From a virus: DNA of 64,000 nt. The position numbers and the translations under genes are program-made. The stretch lies in IMG/VR virus record IMGVR_UViG_3300042402_001861, positions 64,001 to 128,000 of that record; one strand, given 5' to 3'. This document shows, piece by piece, positions 1 to 10,551 of this stretch (its first letter is position 1; each line of letters opens with the position of its first letter). The notes under the pieces were generated by a model, which searched no databases, was not told the origin of the DNA, and was given only the letters and a program-made list of their open reading frames with translations.

Positions 1-624
1 CTTATTGAAGTTGTGGGTAATCGATATAACGAAGCATACGCCCTCATCGAATTGAACGACACCGGACAACAGGTTTCCGACATTCTGAGAGAAGAACAGG
101 AATATGAAAATCTCATAACCATCACAGTCAAGGGAAAGAAGGGACAGAAAGCAGGCGAAGGATTCGGTGCAGGAAGGGTGCAGTACGGCATCAAGATGTC
201 CATACAGACAAAGAAGACGGGATGCCTTGTCCTCAAGGAGATGATCGAAGGAGATAAGATCATCCTCAACGACTTTGACATCATTGCCGAACTTTCCACC
301 TATATCGCCAAGGGTGCCGCTTACGAGGCAAGTTCGGGCTACAACGATGACCTGATATCTACCCTTGTTATGTTTGGTTGGTTGACTACGCAGCCATATT
401 TTAAGGATTTGGTGAATACCGACATACGCCGCAAACTGTTTGAAGACAAACTCAAAAAGTTAGAAGATGACCTCGTTCCGTTTGGCTTCTTGGAGATGGG
501 AATGGACGATGATCGTAGCGAGGACGAGATCGAATTGTCCCGAGAACTTTCACCAAAGCAGAAGCGATTGCAGGAGAATGACCCGTTCATGGACGAGGAC
601 ATCATTCCAAGGGGTAACTGGTAG
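1..624 (+). CDS. gp17: Terminase large subunit, C-terminal nuclease part (5' truncated)
   Basis: Frame open from base 1; motifs YGIKMS, GYNDDLISTLVMFGWL; directly upstream of gp18. Confidence 0.95.
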   Translation, partial: LIEVVGNRYNEAYALIELNDTGQQVSDILREEQEYENLITITVKGKKGQKAGEGFGAGRVQYGIKMSIQTKKTGCLVLKEMIEGDKIILNDFDIIAELSTYIAKGAAYEASSGYNDDLISTLVMFGWLTTQPYFKDLVNTDIRRKLFEDKLKKLEDDLVPFGFLEMGMDDDRSEDEIELSRELSPKQKRLQENDPFMDEDIIPRGNW

Positions 625-678
625 AAATGCTAAATACCTCCGTTCGCATCTTTTCAATAATCACAGGAGACAGCGCAC

Positions 679-2457
679 ATGGCATTTCAACTTAGCCCCG
701 GTGTGTCAATCACAGAGAGAGACTTGACCACAATCATCCCTGCCGTTGCGACTACGAATGCAGGCTTTGCAGGTTACTTCCGGTGGGGTCCAGCCGATCA
801 GCGAGTGGTTGTGAGTGATGTTTCCAACCTCGTCCAACTCTACGGAACGCCCGACGACAACAACTTCAAGCATTGGTTCAGCGCCGCCAACTTCCTTGGC
901 TACGGCAACAACCTTCAGATCGTTCGTGCCTGCCACACCGGTGCGGCCAACGCAAGCCAGACTACGGGTGCTGCTTATCTTCCCAACAACGAGTCCGACT
1001 TTGCTGGTACTTCTACAGCCATCTACGGAATGTTTGCTGCCCGTTATCCGGGTCAACTTGGAAACAGCCTTGCCGTGGAAATCTGTGGAGCCGATGCTGG
1101 CGTGACTTCGTTCAATACTTGGACTTACTCGTCTGAGTTTGACGGTAAGCCCTCTACCTCGTTCTTTGCAGAAAATTCGCTTGGTCTGACTCAGGCCAAC
1201 GATGAATTCCACATGGTGGTTCTTGACCGCCTCGGTCGCTTCACGGGAGCCGTGAATACGGTTCTTGAGCGTTTCGCCGGTCTTTCGATTGATCCTGCCG
1301 CAGTTGCACAGGATGGAACCTCGATGTACTTCAAGGCAAAGATCAACAATGAATCAAAGTATCTTGTTGCTCTTGGGTCGATCACCACTCTTGATGGCAC
1401 AGCCTTCAAGATTAATGGTGTGACTGGTTCGGGTGTGACTGGCTGGAGTGGTTCAGGCACATGGGCCTACAATTCGACCGACTACACCTCCAACCGTTAT
1501 GACACGGGTTCGGGTGCAGGAGCCACCGGTGGCGTGTTCCGTGTAGAGTTCCAGGGTGGTACGGGAGAATGGGATTCGACCGGCAACCGACTCTTCACCG
1601 AAGGCTACGGATATCAGTTGTTTGCTGATGCCGATACTTCCAATGTCTCCCTGCTCATCGGTGGGCCTCTCACCGCCAGCACGGTAAACAGCCTAGTAAC
1701 GATTGCCAATGACCGCAAGGACTGCGTTGCCTTCGTATCTCCCGAGATCAACAATGCCTCGGTATCCGAAGCATCAAAGTTGGCAGCAGCCAAGACTTTC
1801 CGTGATGCTGTAGGAAACTCCTCCTACACGGTCATCGACACGGGCTACAAGTATCAGTACGATTCTTACAATGATACCTACCGCTATGTCCCGCTGAACG
1901 GAGACATCGCCGGTCTGTGCGTCCGTACCGACCTGACCAATGATCCTTGGTACAGCCCCGCCGGATTCAACCGTGGCGTGATTCGCAACACGATTCGTCT
2001 TGCTTATAACCCAAACAAGACCCACCGTGACGAACTTTATAGTTACGGCATCAACCCCGTGATTACCCTGCCCGGTGAGGGAACCCTTCTGTACGGCGAC
2101 AAGACCGCACAGACCAAGCCCTCGGCATTTGACCGCATCAATGTCCGTCGTCTGTTCATCGTCCTTGAGAAGGCCATCGCAACGGCTGCCAAGTACAGCC
2201 TATTCGAATTCAACGATGCCTTCACACGGTCGCAGTTCCGTTCGATGATCGAGCCGTTCCTCCGTGATGTTCAGAGCCGCCGTGGCATCACCGATTTCTT
2301 GGTGAAGTGCGACGAGTCCAACAACACTTCGGAGGTCATCGACAGCAACCGCTTCGTCGCTGACATCTTCGTCAAGCCTGCCCGTAGCATCAACTTCATC
2401 CAACTCAATTTCATCGCCACTAAGACCGGAGTATCGTTCACCGAAGTAGGTGGATGA
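679..2457 (+). CDS. gp18: Tail sheath protein
   Basis: MAFQLSPGVSITERDLT start, FRWGP, WYSPAGFNRG, AFDRINVRRLF, FIQLNFIATKTG; SD aggag; TAAATA 631-636. Confidence 0.98.
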   Translation: MAFQLSPGVSITERDLTTIIPAVATTNAGFAGYFRWGPADQRVVVSDVSNLVQLYGTPDDNNFKHWFSAANFLGYGNNLQIVRACHTGAANASQTTGAAYLPNNESDFAGTSTAIYGMFAARYPGQLGNSLAVEICGADAGVTSFNTWTYSSEFDGKPSTSFFAENSLGLTQANDEFHMVVLDRLGRFTGAVNTVLERFAGLSIDPAAVAQDGTSMYFKAKINNESKYLVALGSITTLDGTAFKINGVTGSGVTGWSGSGTWAYNSTDYTSNRYDTGSGAGATGGVFRVEFQGGTGEWDSTGNRLFTEGYGYQLFADADTSNVSLLIGGPLTASTVNSLVTIANDRKDCVAFVSPEINNASVSEASKLAAAKTFRDAVGNSSYTVIDTGYKYQYDSYNDTYRYVPLNGDIAGLCVRTDLTNDPWYSPAGFNRGVIRNTIRLAYNPNKTHRDELYSYGINPVITLPGEGTLLYGDKTAQTKPSAFDRINVRRLFIVLEKAIATAAKYSLFEFNDAFTRSQFRSMIEPFLRDVQSRRGITDFLVKCDESNNTSEVIDSNRFVADIFVKPARSINFIQLNFIATKTGVSFTEVGG

Positions 2458-2489
2458 TAACCGATAAATAAGGCAAAGGAGACACATCG

Positions 2490-3122
2490 ATGGCATATAG
2501 CCAATTCAGCCTAGACGCTTTCCGAGCGAACCTTATCAATGGTGGAGCGAGAGACAACCTTTATCTCGTCACGGGTTCATTCCCAAATGGCGGAAGCCGT
2601 TCGATCAATGCTGCGGCAGGAATTGCAGGAGCAATCTTCGGAACTGCTGCTGCCGGTGCCGTGTCTGCGGTTGGTGGGTTGGTAAACAATGGAAATGCAA
2701 ACGGTCAGATCACCTTCCTGACGAAGGGTGCCAAGATTCCGGCTGCCAAGATGTCCGAGGGGACAGCCAACTTCATGGGTCGTACCCTGAAGTTCCCGGC
2801 TGACAGGACTTTCGACAACTGGACAATCAATGTCTACAACGATGGTTCCTACAACCTTCGCAAGGCATTCGAGTCTTGGTCGAACCTGATCAACACCTAT
2901 GCAAGCAATGTTGGTCCCAACAACTTCAATTCCTTCTTGATGGACTGGTCCGTACAGCCCCTCACTCGCGAAGGAAACGCAATCTGCACCTACAAGTTCA
3001 TCGGCTGCTATCCTGCAACCGTTGGAGAAGTGAACCTGTCCTTCGAAGCAAAGAATTCGATTTCGGAGTTCCAAGTCGATCTGTCGTATCAATACTACGA
3101 ACTAGTCGGAACAACCACCTGA
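2490..3122 (+). CDS. gp19: Tail tube protein
   Basis: GGARDNLY, FMGRTLKFPADRTFDNWTINVYND, EFQVDLSYQY; follows gp18. Confidence 0.95.
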   Translation: MAYSQFSLDAFRANLINGGARDNLYLVTGSFPNGGSRSINAAAGIAGAIFGTAAAGAVSAVGGLVNNGNANGQITFLTKGAKIPAAKMSEGTANFMGRTLKFPADRTFDNWTINVYNDGSYNLRKAFESWSNLINTYASNVGPNNFNSFLMDWSVQPLTREGNAICTYKFIGCYPATVGEVNLSFEAKNSISEFQVDLSYQYYELVGTTT

Positions 3123-3151
3123 TAGTCAGGCAACAAGGAGAGATTTAAACT

Positions 3152-4651
3152 ATGGAGTTGTTTGGCTTCAAACTTGAACGGTCACCGAAGCAGAAGAGCG
3201 ATTTCAAGGCACTAAAGTCATTCGTAGTCCCAACTACGGATGACGGTGCCATTCCGGTGGAGGCTGGTGGCTTCTACGGGCAATATGTCGATCTTGACGG
3301 TTCTGTACGCAATGACTTTGAACTGGTTGCCAAGTATCGCGAAATGTCCATGGACCCGATCTGCGAGATCGCCGTCGATGACATCGTGAACGAGGCCATT
3401 GTGACCGAGCCGGGAAAGATGCCGATCAAGTTGGCATTCATAAACGACAAGACCATTTCGCCAAAAATCAAGAATAAGATTGAGGAAGAATTCAAGAATC
3501 TTCTTCGGTTGATGTCCTTTGATACAAAGGGGTATGAAGTCTTTCGCCGTTGGTATGTTGATGGAAAGATTTACTTTCACATCATCGTTGACGAGGAGAA
3601 GCCAGAGAAGGGAATCCTTGAACTTCGCTATGTTGATCCCCTGAACATTCAGAAGATCCGTGAGTTCAAGAAGGAAACCCGTCCTGATGGAACCAAGTTA
3701 ATCACGGGATTCCGCGATTTCTACCTCTACAACAAGGACAATCCCCGTGTGGGATCGGCGCAAGGTATCAAGATCAGCGACGATGCAATCGCATTCTGCT
3801 CTTCTGGTCTGTTTGACAGCCGCTATCGTCGCACCGTGGGATTCATGCATAAGGCAATCAAGCCCCTGAATCAGTTGCGAATGATGGAAGATGCCGTAGT
3901 CATCTATCGCATCTCCCGGGCACCTGAGCGCAGGATTTTCTACATCGATGTCGGAAACCTTCCCAAGACAAAGGCTGAAGCCTATGTCAAGGACATCATG
4001 AACCGATATCGCAACAAGTTGGTCTATGACGCAACCACAGGCGAGATTCGCGATGACAAGAAGTTCCTCTCCATGCTTGAGGACTATTGGCTTCCTCGTC
4101 GCGAAGGCAGCAAGGGAACCGAGATCAGCACCCTATCGGGAGCGCAGAACCTCGGTGAACTTGCAGATATCGTGTATTTCCAGAAGAAACTCTACCGTGC
4201 TTTGAATGTGCCCGTGAGTCGCTTGGAACAGGACAGGGGAATTGCCCTTGGTCGTTCGTCGGAAATAAACCGCGATGAACTCAAGTTTTCAAAGTTCGTG
4301 ACCCGTCTACGCAGCAAGTTCAACGAACTGATTTATGACTTGCTCCGAAAGCAGTTGCTGCTCAAGAATGTCATCACGCAGGACGAATGGCCGAACATCA
4401 AGGAGATCATGTTCCTTGACTACCTTAAGGATTCATACTATGTGGAGGCCAAGAACGCCGAACTCCGCAAGCAACGCAACGGCGAACTGAACGATGTTGA
4501 AAAATACATAGGTAAGTATTATTCTCACTATTGGGTCCGCACTCAGGTGCTTGGCATGACCGAAGGCGAGATTGCGGAAATGGACAAGCAGATGGCTCAA
4601 GAGAGGGACAGCGGGCTTTATACCCTGTCCAACGAACCAGGAATTGTATAA
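3152..4651 (+). CDS. gp20: Portal vertex protein
   Basis: MELFGF start, RRWYVDG, YRISRAPERRIFYIDVGNLPK, MLEDYWLPRREG. Confidence 0.98.
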   Translation: MELFGFKLERSPKQKSDFKALKSFVVPTTDDGAIPVEAGGFYGQYVDLDGSVRNDFELVAKYREMSMDPICEIAVDDIVNEAIVTEPGKMPIKLAFINDKTISPKIKNKIEEEFKNLLRLMSFDTKGYEVFRRWYVDGKIYFHIIVDEEKPEKGILELRYVDPLNIQKIREFKKETRPDGTKLITGFRDFYLYNKDNPRVGSAQGIKISDDAIAFCSSGLFDSRYRRTVGFMHKAIKPLNQLRMMEDAVVIYRISRAPERRIFYIDVGNLPKTKAEAYVKDIMNRYRNKLVYDATTGEIRDDKKFLSMLEDYWLPRREGSKGTEISTLSGAQNLGELADIVYFQKKLYRALNVPVSRLEQDRGIALGRSSEINRDELKFSKFVTRLRSKFNELIYDLLRKQLLLKNVITQDEWPNIKEIMFLDYLKDSYYVEAKNAELRKQRNGELNDVEKYIGKYYSHYWVRTQVLGMTEGEIAEMDKQMAQERDSGLYTLSNEPGIV

Positions 4652-4660
4652 GGAACGCAA

Positions 4661-5779
4661 ATGGAAATCAATCATCTTTCAAACGCTCTTGATTCGGTCA
4701 ACGAAAAGGATGCTGTTTCCTTCAAGTCCGCCCTTTCTCAGCATTTGAACAACCGTCTTTTCACCGCATTGCAGGCAAGAAAGGCTGAAGTTGCCAAGGA
4801 GATGATTGGTGAAAAGTCCGTTGTTTCTGAAGCCAATGTAATCGCTCCTTCTGCTCCCCCTACACAAGGATTTGCAAAGAAGCCCGATGCATTCAAGGTC
4901 GATCCCGCCAAGGCAAAAATCGAAATGCAGAAAGCAAAGTCGATGGTCGTGGCCAATAAGGCAAAGATGGCGGCGGTCGATGTCAAGAAGAATGTCCTTG
5001 GTCCCAAGGAACTTGAAACCATGCAGAAGCAGATCGCTGCTGTTGCTGACAATAGCGTTGACATCGGATCGCTAAAGCCTGTTCCCGGCGGCTTTGAAGT
5101 AAAGAAGGCTGCTGACGGAGGGCTTGATCCAAATCAGGAAAAGGAATACCTGATGAAGACCTTCAATCACAACGGGAAAGTTGTCGAATTGAAGCAAGTC
5201 GGCCTTGGGTTCTCCCGTCCGATCCGTGCATACATCGACGGTGTTCGTTGGAATTTCTTCCCGAGCATGGGCAAGGCCATGGAAATGACTAAGGAATACA
5301 TCGAGATGGAAAGTGGCGCTGCAAAGAAGGAAGAGGTGCAGCAAGATGGGCAATTGGCCGAGAAGGTCGATCTTGACGGCAGAACGAAGATTGTTCGTGA
5401 TACCGTTGCGAGAATCGAACAGTATCGCAAGTTGCGTTCGGAGAAGACAAAGCCTGCTGTGGAAAACAAGGAAAACAAGTTTGCCGGAATCTATGATGAC
5501 GGCAGCGGTAAGGGAGCCTTCATTCCGCAACCAATCGACACGGGCAAGCAACATCCGTTCTTCAGAAAGACCGTGACCGAAGGTGTTCTTGACGAATTCA
5601 AGTCGATGTTTAAGAAGGAAAACATCACGGTTCGCGAGGGCGACAAGGAAGAGTACGAGCGTTTCTTCAAGGTAGCCATGAAGAAGTTTGGAATCTCAAG
5701 CCCCACCGATCTCAAGACCCCCGAGCAAAAGAAGAAGTTCTTCGATTATGTCAAGAAGAACTACAAGGGAAACGATTGA
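4661..5779 (+). CDS. Prohead core protein, gp67 position, strongly extended
   Basis: Position after gp20; N-term resembles gp67-like core proteins; K/E-rich with several xxE-type putative gp21 sites. Confidence 0.6.
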   Translation: MEINHLSNALDSVNEKDAVSFKSALSQHLNNRLFTALQARKAEVAKEMIGEKSVVSEANVIAPSAPPTQGFAKKPDAFKVDPAKAKIEMQKAKSMVVANKAKMAAVDVKKNVLGPKELETMQKQIAAVADNSVDIGSLKPVPGGFEVKKAADGGLDPNQEKEYLMKTFNHNGKVVELKQVGLGFSRPIRAYIDGVRWNFFPSMGKAMEMTKEYIEMESGAAKKEEVQQDGQLAEKVDLDGRTKIVRDTVARIEQYRKLRSEKTKPAVENKENKFAGIYDDGSGKGAFIPQPIDTGKQHPFFRKTVTEGVLDEFKSMFKKENITVREGDKEEYERFFKVAMKKFGISSPTDLKTPEQKKKFFDYVKKNYKGND

Positions 5780-6225
5780 TGCCCAAGTCAGTATTCAACT
5801 TCAATAGCAAGGAAGTCCTTGATGAGGCAATCGGCTATCTCTTGCCGAGAATGCCGGGTGGCCTGAAAACTACCACGGTAGATGGTGTGAAGTTGTGTGT
5901 TGAGGCGAGAGATTCCGGTCATATGGATGAGTTTCGCGAGGAACTGAACAATTTCAAGGAACTTCGCAGACTTGACAAGTTGACCGCAAAGGTGATTTCG
6001 ACCCTTGCTTCAATCGTCAAGGAGAACAAGAACCACACTCTTCGACTGATGAACGGAGACTTGGTTCGTCTTTCTCCCGACAATGCAAGAAAGATCGTTT
6101 CAATTCATGACCAACTTGACCATCGGGAGAATCAGGCTGCTCTTCGCATGATGGTCATCGAAAGCAAGAAATCGCATGAGGCAGCAATTCAGTTCTGCCT
6201 AGAAAAGACCAAGGAGACTGAATAA
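5776..6225 (+). CDS. Prohead core protein, gp68-like
   Basis: Position between gp20 and gp21; C-terminal LMNGDLVRLSPDNARKIVSIHDQL resembles gp68-like proteins. Confidence 0.55.
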   Translation: MMPKSVFNFNSKEVLDEAIGYLLPRMPGGLKTTTVDGVKLCVEARDSGHMDEFREELNNFKELRRLDKLTAKVISTLASIVKENKNHTLRLMNGDLVRLSPDNARKIVSIHDQLDHRENQAALRMMVIESKKSHEAAIQFCLEKTKETE

Positions 6226-6611
6226 TGGCCAACTCATTCAACTACATCGTGAAGACCAAGAATCGTTGCGTGGTTTCCGTCATTGGAGATACCGCCGGTG
6301 GAATAACATTTGGAATCAGCGGTCCAGCGTTCACCCAACCCGGCGGTTATCCCGACTTCAACGATCCAAACATCACCAATTCCTCTGCCTGCCTGTCGAG
6401 AATCCACTATGGACTCAGCGGTTCTTCCTGCCTGTTGCAGTTCTTGGGCGGAACTCCCGGCAACGCATATGTCCTGACACCGGGAACCACGGAAGTCAAC
6501 TTTGATCGTATGACGGTTCCAAACAACGCAGTAACGCCAAACGGAATCTTCTCGGTCAATGTCCCTGCGTCCACCGTTGTGACGGCTTATTTGGAATTCA
6601 CAGCCTTCTAA
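6225..6611 (+). CDS. Hypothetical beta-rich virion protein
   Basis: Coupled ORF (TAATG) inside the head operon. Confidence 0.6.
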   Translation: MANSFNYIVKTKNRCVVSVIGDTAGGITFGISGPAFTQPGGYPDFNDPNITNSSACLSRIHYGLSGSSCLLQFLGGTPGNAYVLTPGTTEVNFDRMTVPNNAVTPNGIFSVNVPASTVVTAYLEFTAF

Positions 6612-6632
6612 ACAAACGGAGCATACCAACAA

Positions 6633-7280
6633 ATGAAACTGTTCTGCGACCTAAACGAAAGCATCGAAGTCCTGACCGAGGAGACTGCTCCCGGACAGAA
6701 GAACTATTACATCGAAGGCGTGTTCCTGCAAGGGGACATCACCAACCGCAACAAGCGCCGCTATCCGATTGAAACCTTGATGAAGGAAGTAAAGCGGTAC
6801 AACGAGCAGTTTGTCAAGCAGAAGCGGGCTTTCGGTGAGTTGGGCCACCCCGAGGGTCCGACCATCAATCTTGAGAGAGTCAGCCACATGATCACCGAAC
6901 TTCGCTGTGAAGGCAAGAACTTCATGGGCAAGGCCAAGATCATGGACACCCCATACGGCAAGATTGTAAAAAACCTCATTGATGAGGGTGCAAAGTTGGG
7001 TGTTTCTAGCCGTGGAATGGGTTCCCTAGAAGAGCGCAATGGAGTCAATGTCGTAAAGGATGACTTCCAACTTGCAACAGCAGCAGACATCGTTGCCGAT
7101 CCATCGGCTCCCGAGGCATTTGTCCGTGGGATCATGGAAGGCAAGGAATGGGTATGGGAAAGCGGACGGTTGGTCGAAAAGGACATAGTACAGATCAAGA
7201 AGGACATTTTGAAAACCAACTCCCGCAAGTTGGAAGAAGCCAAGATAAACGCATTCAATAAGTTCCTCCGGGGACTTTAA
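6633..7280 (+). CDS. gp21: Prohead protease
   Basis: YIEGVFLQ, GELGHP, GVSSRGMGSL, DIVADPSAPEAFV. Confidence 0.98.
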   Translation: MKLFCDLNESIEVLTEETAPGQKNYYIEGVFLQGDITNRNKRRYPIETLMKEVKRYNEQFVKQKRAFGELGHPEGPTINLERVSHMITELRCEGKNFMGKAKIMDTPYGKIVKNLIDEGAKLGVSSRGMGSLEERNGVNVVKDDFQLATAADIVADPSAPEAFVRGIMEGKEWVWESGRLVEKDIVQIKKDILKTNSRKLEEAKINAFNKFLRGL

Positions 7281-7326
7281 CCAAAGTATAAATAACAAGC
7301 ACCCTCACTAATCAAGGAGAGAGTTC

Positions 7327-8454
7327 ATGGACTCATTCAAGAACAACGAAGTAGAGGAAATCCTCGAAGAGGAAATCCTCGAAACCGAAGAGCAGACCGA
7401 CGAGGCCACCAACGAGGCTGACGAAGCCATCGAAGAGGCCACAGATTCCGCATCCAAGCAGAAGTCCAATGTGGCTGCTGCCAAGCAAATGGGTCAGGGT
7501 GCTGCCGTTGGTGCTGCTTCCCTCCCCAAGGAGTCCCCCAAGTACAAGGGACTCTACAAGGACGGCACAGGCAAGGGTGCAATCATCCCTGAGCCAATCG
7601 ACACCGATGATGTCGAGGGTGATGCCGATGTTGCTTCCAACGAGAAGCAAATGAAGAATGTGGACAAGAAGCGTATGGCCAAGGAAGATGTTGCCGTACA
7701 CATGGATGCCATGTTCAACGGCGAAGAACTCAGCGAAGAGTTCAAGACCAAGGCTTCCACAATCTTCGAAACCGCCGTCAACGAGCGCATCGAAGCCATT
7801 GCCGAGGAACTTGAGACTGAATTCGAGACTCGTCTTCTGTCCGCACAGGAGCAGATCAAGAACGAGTTGACCGAGCAGTTGGATTCCTACCTCTCCTATG
7901 TAATCGAAGAGTGGATGGAAGAGAACCGCCTCGCCGTGGAGAAGGGCATTCGCAACGAAGTCACCGAGCAGTTCATCGAAGGTCTTCGTTCGCTCTTCCT
8001 ACAGCACAACATCGAAGTTCCTGCTTCCAAGGTTGATCTTGTCGATGAGATGGCCGAGAAGGTCGAAGAACTCACCGGCAAACTCAACGAAGAAATTCAG
8101 AAGAATGTCGAGATGTCCAAGACTGTCGGTCAGTTGCGCCGCAGCGACATCCTTGACGAACAATGCGATGGTCTTGCCGATACGCAGAAGGAGCGTTTCA
8201 AGAAGTTGGCCGAGGGCGTAGCCTTCGAAAGCGAAGATGATTACCGCAGCAAGTTGGAAATCATCCGCGAGTCCTACTTCGGCGTTGGCTCGACCGAGAC
8301 AGACTCGGAGGGCGGCGAAGAGACAGTTGCTGAGGCTTCGGATGAAGTTGGCGACAGCATCGACGGTGATGATGTTGCTGCCGAGCCAAAGGAAACCATC
8401 AGCGAGTCGATGAGTGTGTACGCAAAGGCACTCTCGCGACTCAATCGTAAGTGA
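7327..8454 (+). CDS. gp22: Prohead scaffolding protein
   Basis: Acidic coiled coil, LSEEFKTKASTIFETAV, YLSYVIEEWMEEN; TATAAATA 7287-7294. Confidence 0.95.
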   Translation: MDSFKNNEVEEILEEEILETEEQTDEATNEADEAIEEATDSASKQKSNVAAAKQMGQGAAVGAASLPKESPKYKGLYKDGTGKGAIIPEPIDTDDVEGDADVASNEKQMKNVDKKRMAKEDVAVHMDAMFNGEELSEEFKTKASTIFETAVNERIEAIAEELETEFETRLLSAQEQIKNELTEQLDSYLSYVIEEWMEENRLAVEKGIRNEVTEQFIEGLRSLFLQHNIEVPASKVDLVDEMAEKVEELTGKLNEEIQKNVEMSKTVGQLRRSDILDEQCDGLADTQKERFKKLAEGVAFESEDDYRSKLEIIRESYFGVGSTETDSEGGEETVAEASDEVGDSIDGDDVAAEPKETISESMSVYAKALSRLNRK

Positions 8455-8539
8455 TCAAAAACAGTTGATTTCTAAATAATGAGTCAGTAAATTCAGTTAG
8501 CACTTTCAATCAAAAATTAACCTGTCACAGGAGACAAAA

Positions 8540-9910
8540 ATGGACTTGACAATTTCCGAAGCACTACAGAAGAAGTGGAAGGCCATCGTTGAACACGCTG
8601 ACCTCCCTGAGATCAAGGATTCGTGGCGCAAGACCGTCACGACTCAACTCCTTGAGAATCAGGAGCAGTACCTCAAGGAAGCCGCTCCCACCAACCTCTC
8701 TAACAACCTCCCCGGCGATTCGACCGGCAATGTGGCTAAGTGGGATCCGATCCTCATCAGCCTCGTTCGCCGTGCAATGCCGAACCTGATCGCCTATGAC
8801 ATCTGCGGCGTTCAGCCGATGAGCGGCCCGACTGGGCTTATCTTCGCCCTCCGCAGCCGTTACAACAGCCAGACTGGTGCCGAGGCTCTGTTCCAAGAGG
8901 CCGACACTCGCTTTGGTGGTTCGGGTGGCACACCGTCCTACACCGGCGCTGGTTACACCGGTGGCCTCACGCAGGGTCCGGGCGTTGATCCCTTCTTCGG
9001 TGCTGCTGATGCCTCGCTGGCTGATGGCGTTGCCGATTCGTCGGCTGTCAGCCGTGCCATGACCACCCTCATGGGTGAGGCTCTTGGTGATGCTGCTAAC
9101 AATGCCTTCGCTCAGATGGCATTCAGCATCGAGAAGACCACGGTAACTGCCAAGACTCGTGCCCTGAAGGCCGAGTACACGATGGAACTCGCCCAAGACC
9201 TGAAGGCTATTCACGGTCTTGATGCCGAGACAGAACTCGCCAACATTCTTTCGAGCGAGATTCTGGCTGAGATCAACCGCGAGGTTGTTCGCACCATCTA
9301 CCGTAACGCCAAGTTGGGCGCTAAGGCTGGCACGACACAGACCCGTGGAGTGTTCGATCTCAATGTCGATTCCAACGGTCGTTGGTCGGTTGAGAAGTTC
9401 AAGGGTCTGCTGTTCCAGATTGAGCGTGAGTGCAACCAGATCGCCAAGGAAACTCGTCGTGGCAAGGGCAACTTCGTCCTCTGCTCGTCGGATGTTGCTT
9501 CGGCTCTGGCCATGTCGGGCGTTCTTGACTATGCTCCGGCTCTCAGCACCAACCTTCAGGTGGACGATACGGGCAACACCTTCGCCGGTGTTCTCAACGG
9601 TCGCCTCCGTGTTTACATCGATCCGTATTACTCATCGACACTCGCTTCGGACTTCTTCTGTGTCGGCTATAAGGGTTCCAGCCCATACGATGCTGGTATG
9701 TTCTACTGCCCCTATGTGCCGCTACAGATGGTCCGTGCAGTCGGTGAGCAGTCTTTCCAGCCGAAGATCGGCTTCAAGACTCGCTACGGCATGGTCAACA
9801 ACCCCTTCATCATTGGCAACGACAACTCGCCAATCGCTGATGTGGACAATGCCAACGCTGCTCGTAGCAACCAGTACTACCGTATCGTCAAGGTCAACAA
9901 CCTCTTCTGA
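8540..9910 (+). CDS. gp23: Major capsid protein
   Basis: LVRRAMPNLIAYDICGVQPMSGPTGLIFA, RALKAEYTMELAQDLKAIHGLDAE, FQPKIGFKTRYG. Confidence 0.99.
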   Translation: MDLTISEALQKKWKAIVEHADLPEIKDSWRKTVTTQLLENQEQYLKEAAPTNLSNNLPGDSTGNVAKWDPILISLVRRAMPNLIAYDICGVQPMSGPTGLIFALRSRYNSQTGAEALFQEADTRFGGSGGTPSYTGAGYTGGLTQGPGVDPFFGAADASLADGVADSSAVSRAMTTLMGEALGDAANNAFAQMAFSIEKTTVTAKTRALKAEYTMELAQDLKAIHGLDAETELANILSSEILAEINREVVRTIYRNAKLGAKAGTTQTRGVFDLNVDSNGRWSVEKFKGLLFQIERECNQIAKETRRGKGNFVLCSSDVASALAMSGVLDYAPALSTNLQVDDTGNTFAGVLNGRLRVYIDPYYSSTLASDFFCVGYKGSSPYDAGMFYCPYVPLQMVRAVGEQSFQPKIGFKTRYGMVNNPFIIGNDNSPIADVDNANAARSNQYYRIVKVNNLF

Positions 9911-9950
9911 TACAAGTACGGTACGACAAGTTACCCCCACACTTGGAATG

Positions 9951-9980
9951 GGAGCGGAGAAATCCGCTCCTGTTCTTTTT
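9951..9980 (+). terminator. Intrinsic terminator after gp23
   Basis: ggagcgg-agaaat-ccgctcc followed by T-rich run. Confidence 0.8.
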
Positions 9981-10002
9981 CACTAAATAGTTCGGAGGTT
10001 CC

Positions 10003-10551
10003 ATGCACTACGAAATACCCGATGAAGGTCCGTTGGGTGCTGCTTGTTCCACTCCGACGAATACCAATCTAACCGCTCCGACGAACTACAAGTTCAGCAT
10101 CAAGCGGATACCAAACATGGTGTACTTCTGCACGGGTGTATCGTTGCCGGGTTGGTCTAATCCCACGATCAATGTGCCAACAGGCTTTCCTGGTGGCAGG
10201 AATACCCTGAAGGCAAAGAGCGAATCTATCAGTCACGGGGATGCAACCTTTCGCTTTCTCGTCAACGAAGACTATTCAAACTATGACGAGGTGGCCAAGT
10301 GGTTCCGTCAATGCGTTGGACTCAATGACTACAGCCAAGTTGCATGGCGAAACTGGATGTCCGAGGAAGGATATCTGCTTGTGTTGAGCAATCGCAAGAA
10401 TCCCGTCTTCCGCATCACCTTCCGTGGACTCTTCCCCACAGGAATAAGTGACCTGAATTACAAGGCAAACGAAACCGAGAATACACCATTGGTTGCAACG
10501 GTGACCATGAACTTCACCTATTACACCTACGAATCTCTACTCAATCCATGA
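10003..10551 (+). CDS. Tail completion/terminator protein, gp3-like paralog 1
   Basis: YKFSIKRIPNMVYFCTGVSLPG, FLVNEDYSNY, FRGLFPT; position after gp23; TAAATA 9984-9989. Confidence 0.8.
   Translation: MHYEIPDEGPLGAACSTPTNTNLTAPTNYKFSIKRIPNMVYFCTGVSLPGWSNPTINVPTGFPGGRNTLKAKSESISHGDATFRFLVNEDYSNYDEVAKWFRQCVGLNDYSQVAWRNWMSEEGYLLVLSNRKNPVFRITFRGLFPTGISDLNYKANETENTPLVATVTMNFTYYTYESLLNP

Noticed and set aside
9219-9986. 255-aa alternative-frame ORF over gp23, and 8564-9214 antisense
   Set aside because: Shadow of a strongly codon-biased gene; no SD, promoter or protein-like motifs
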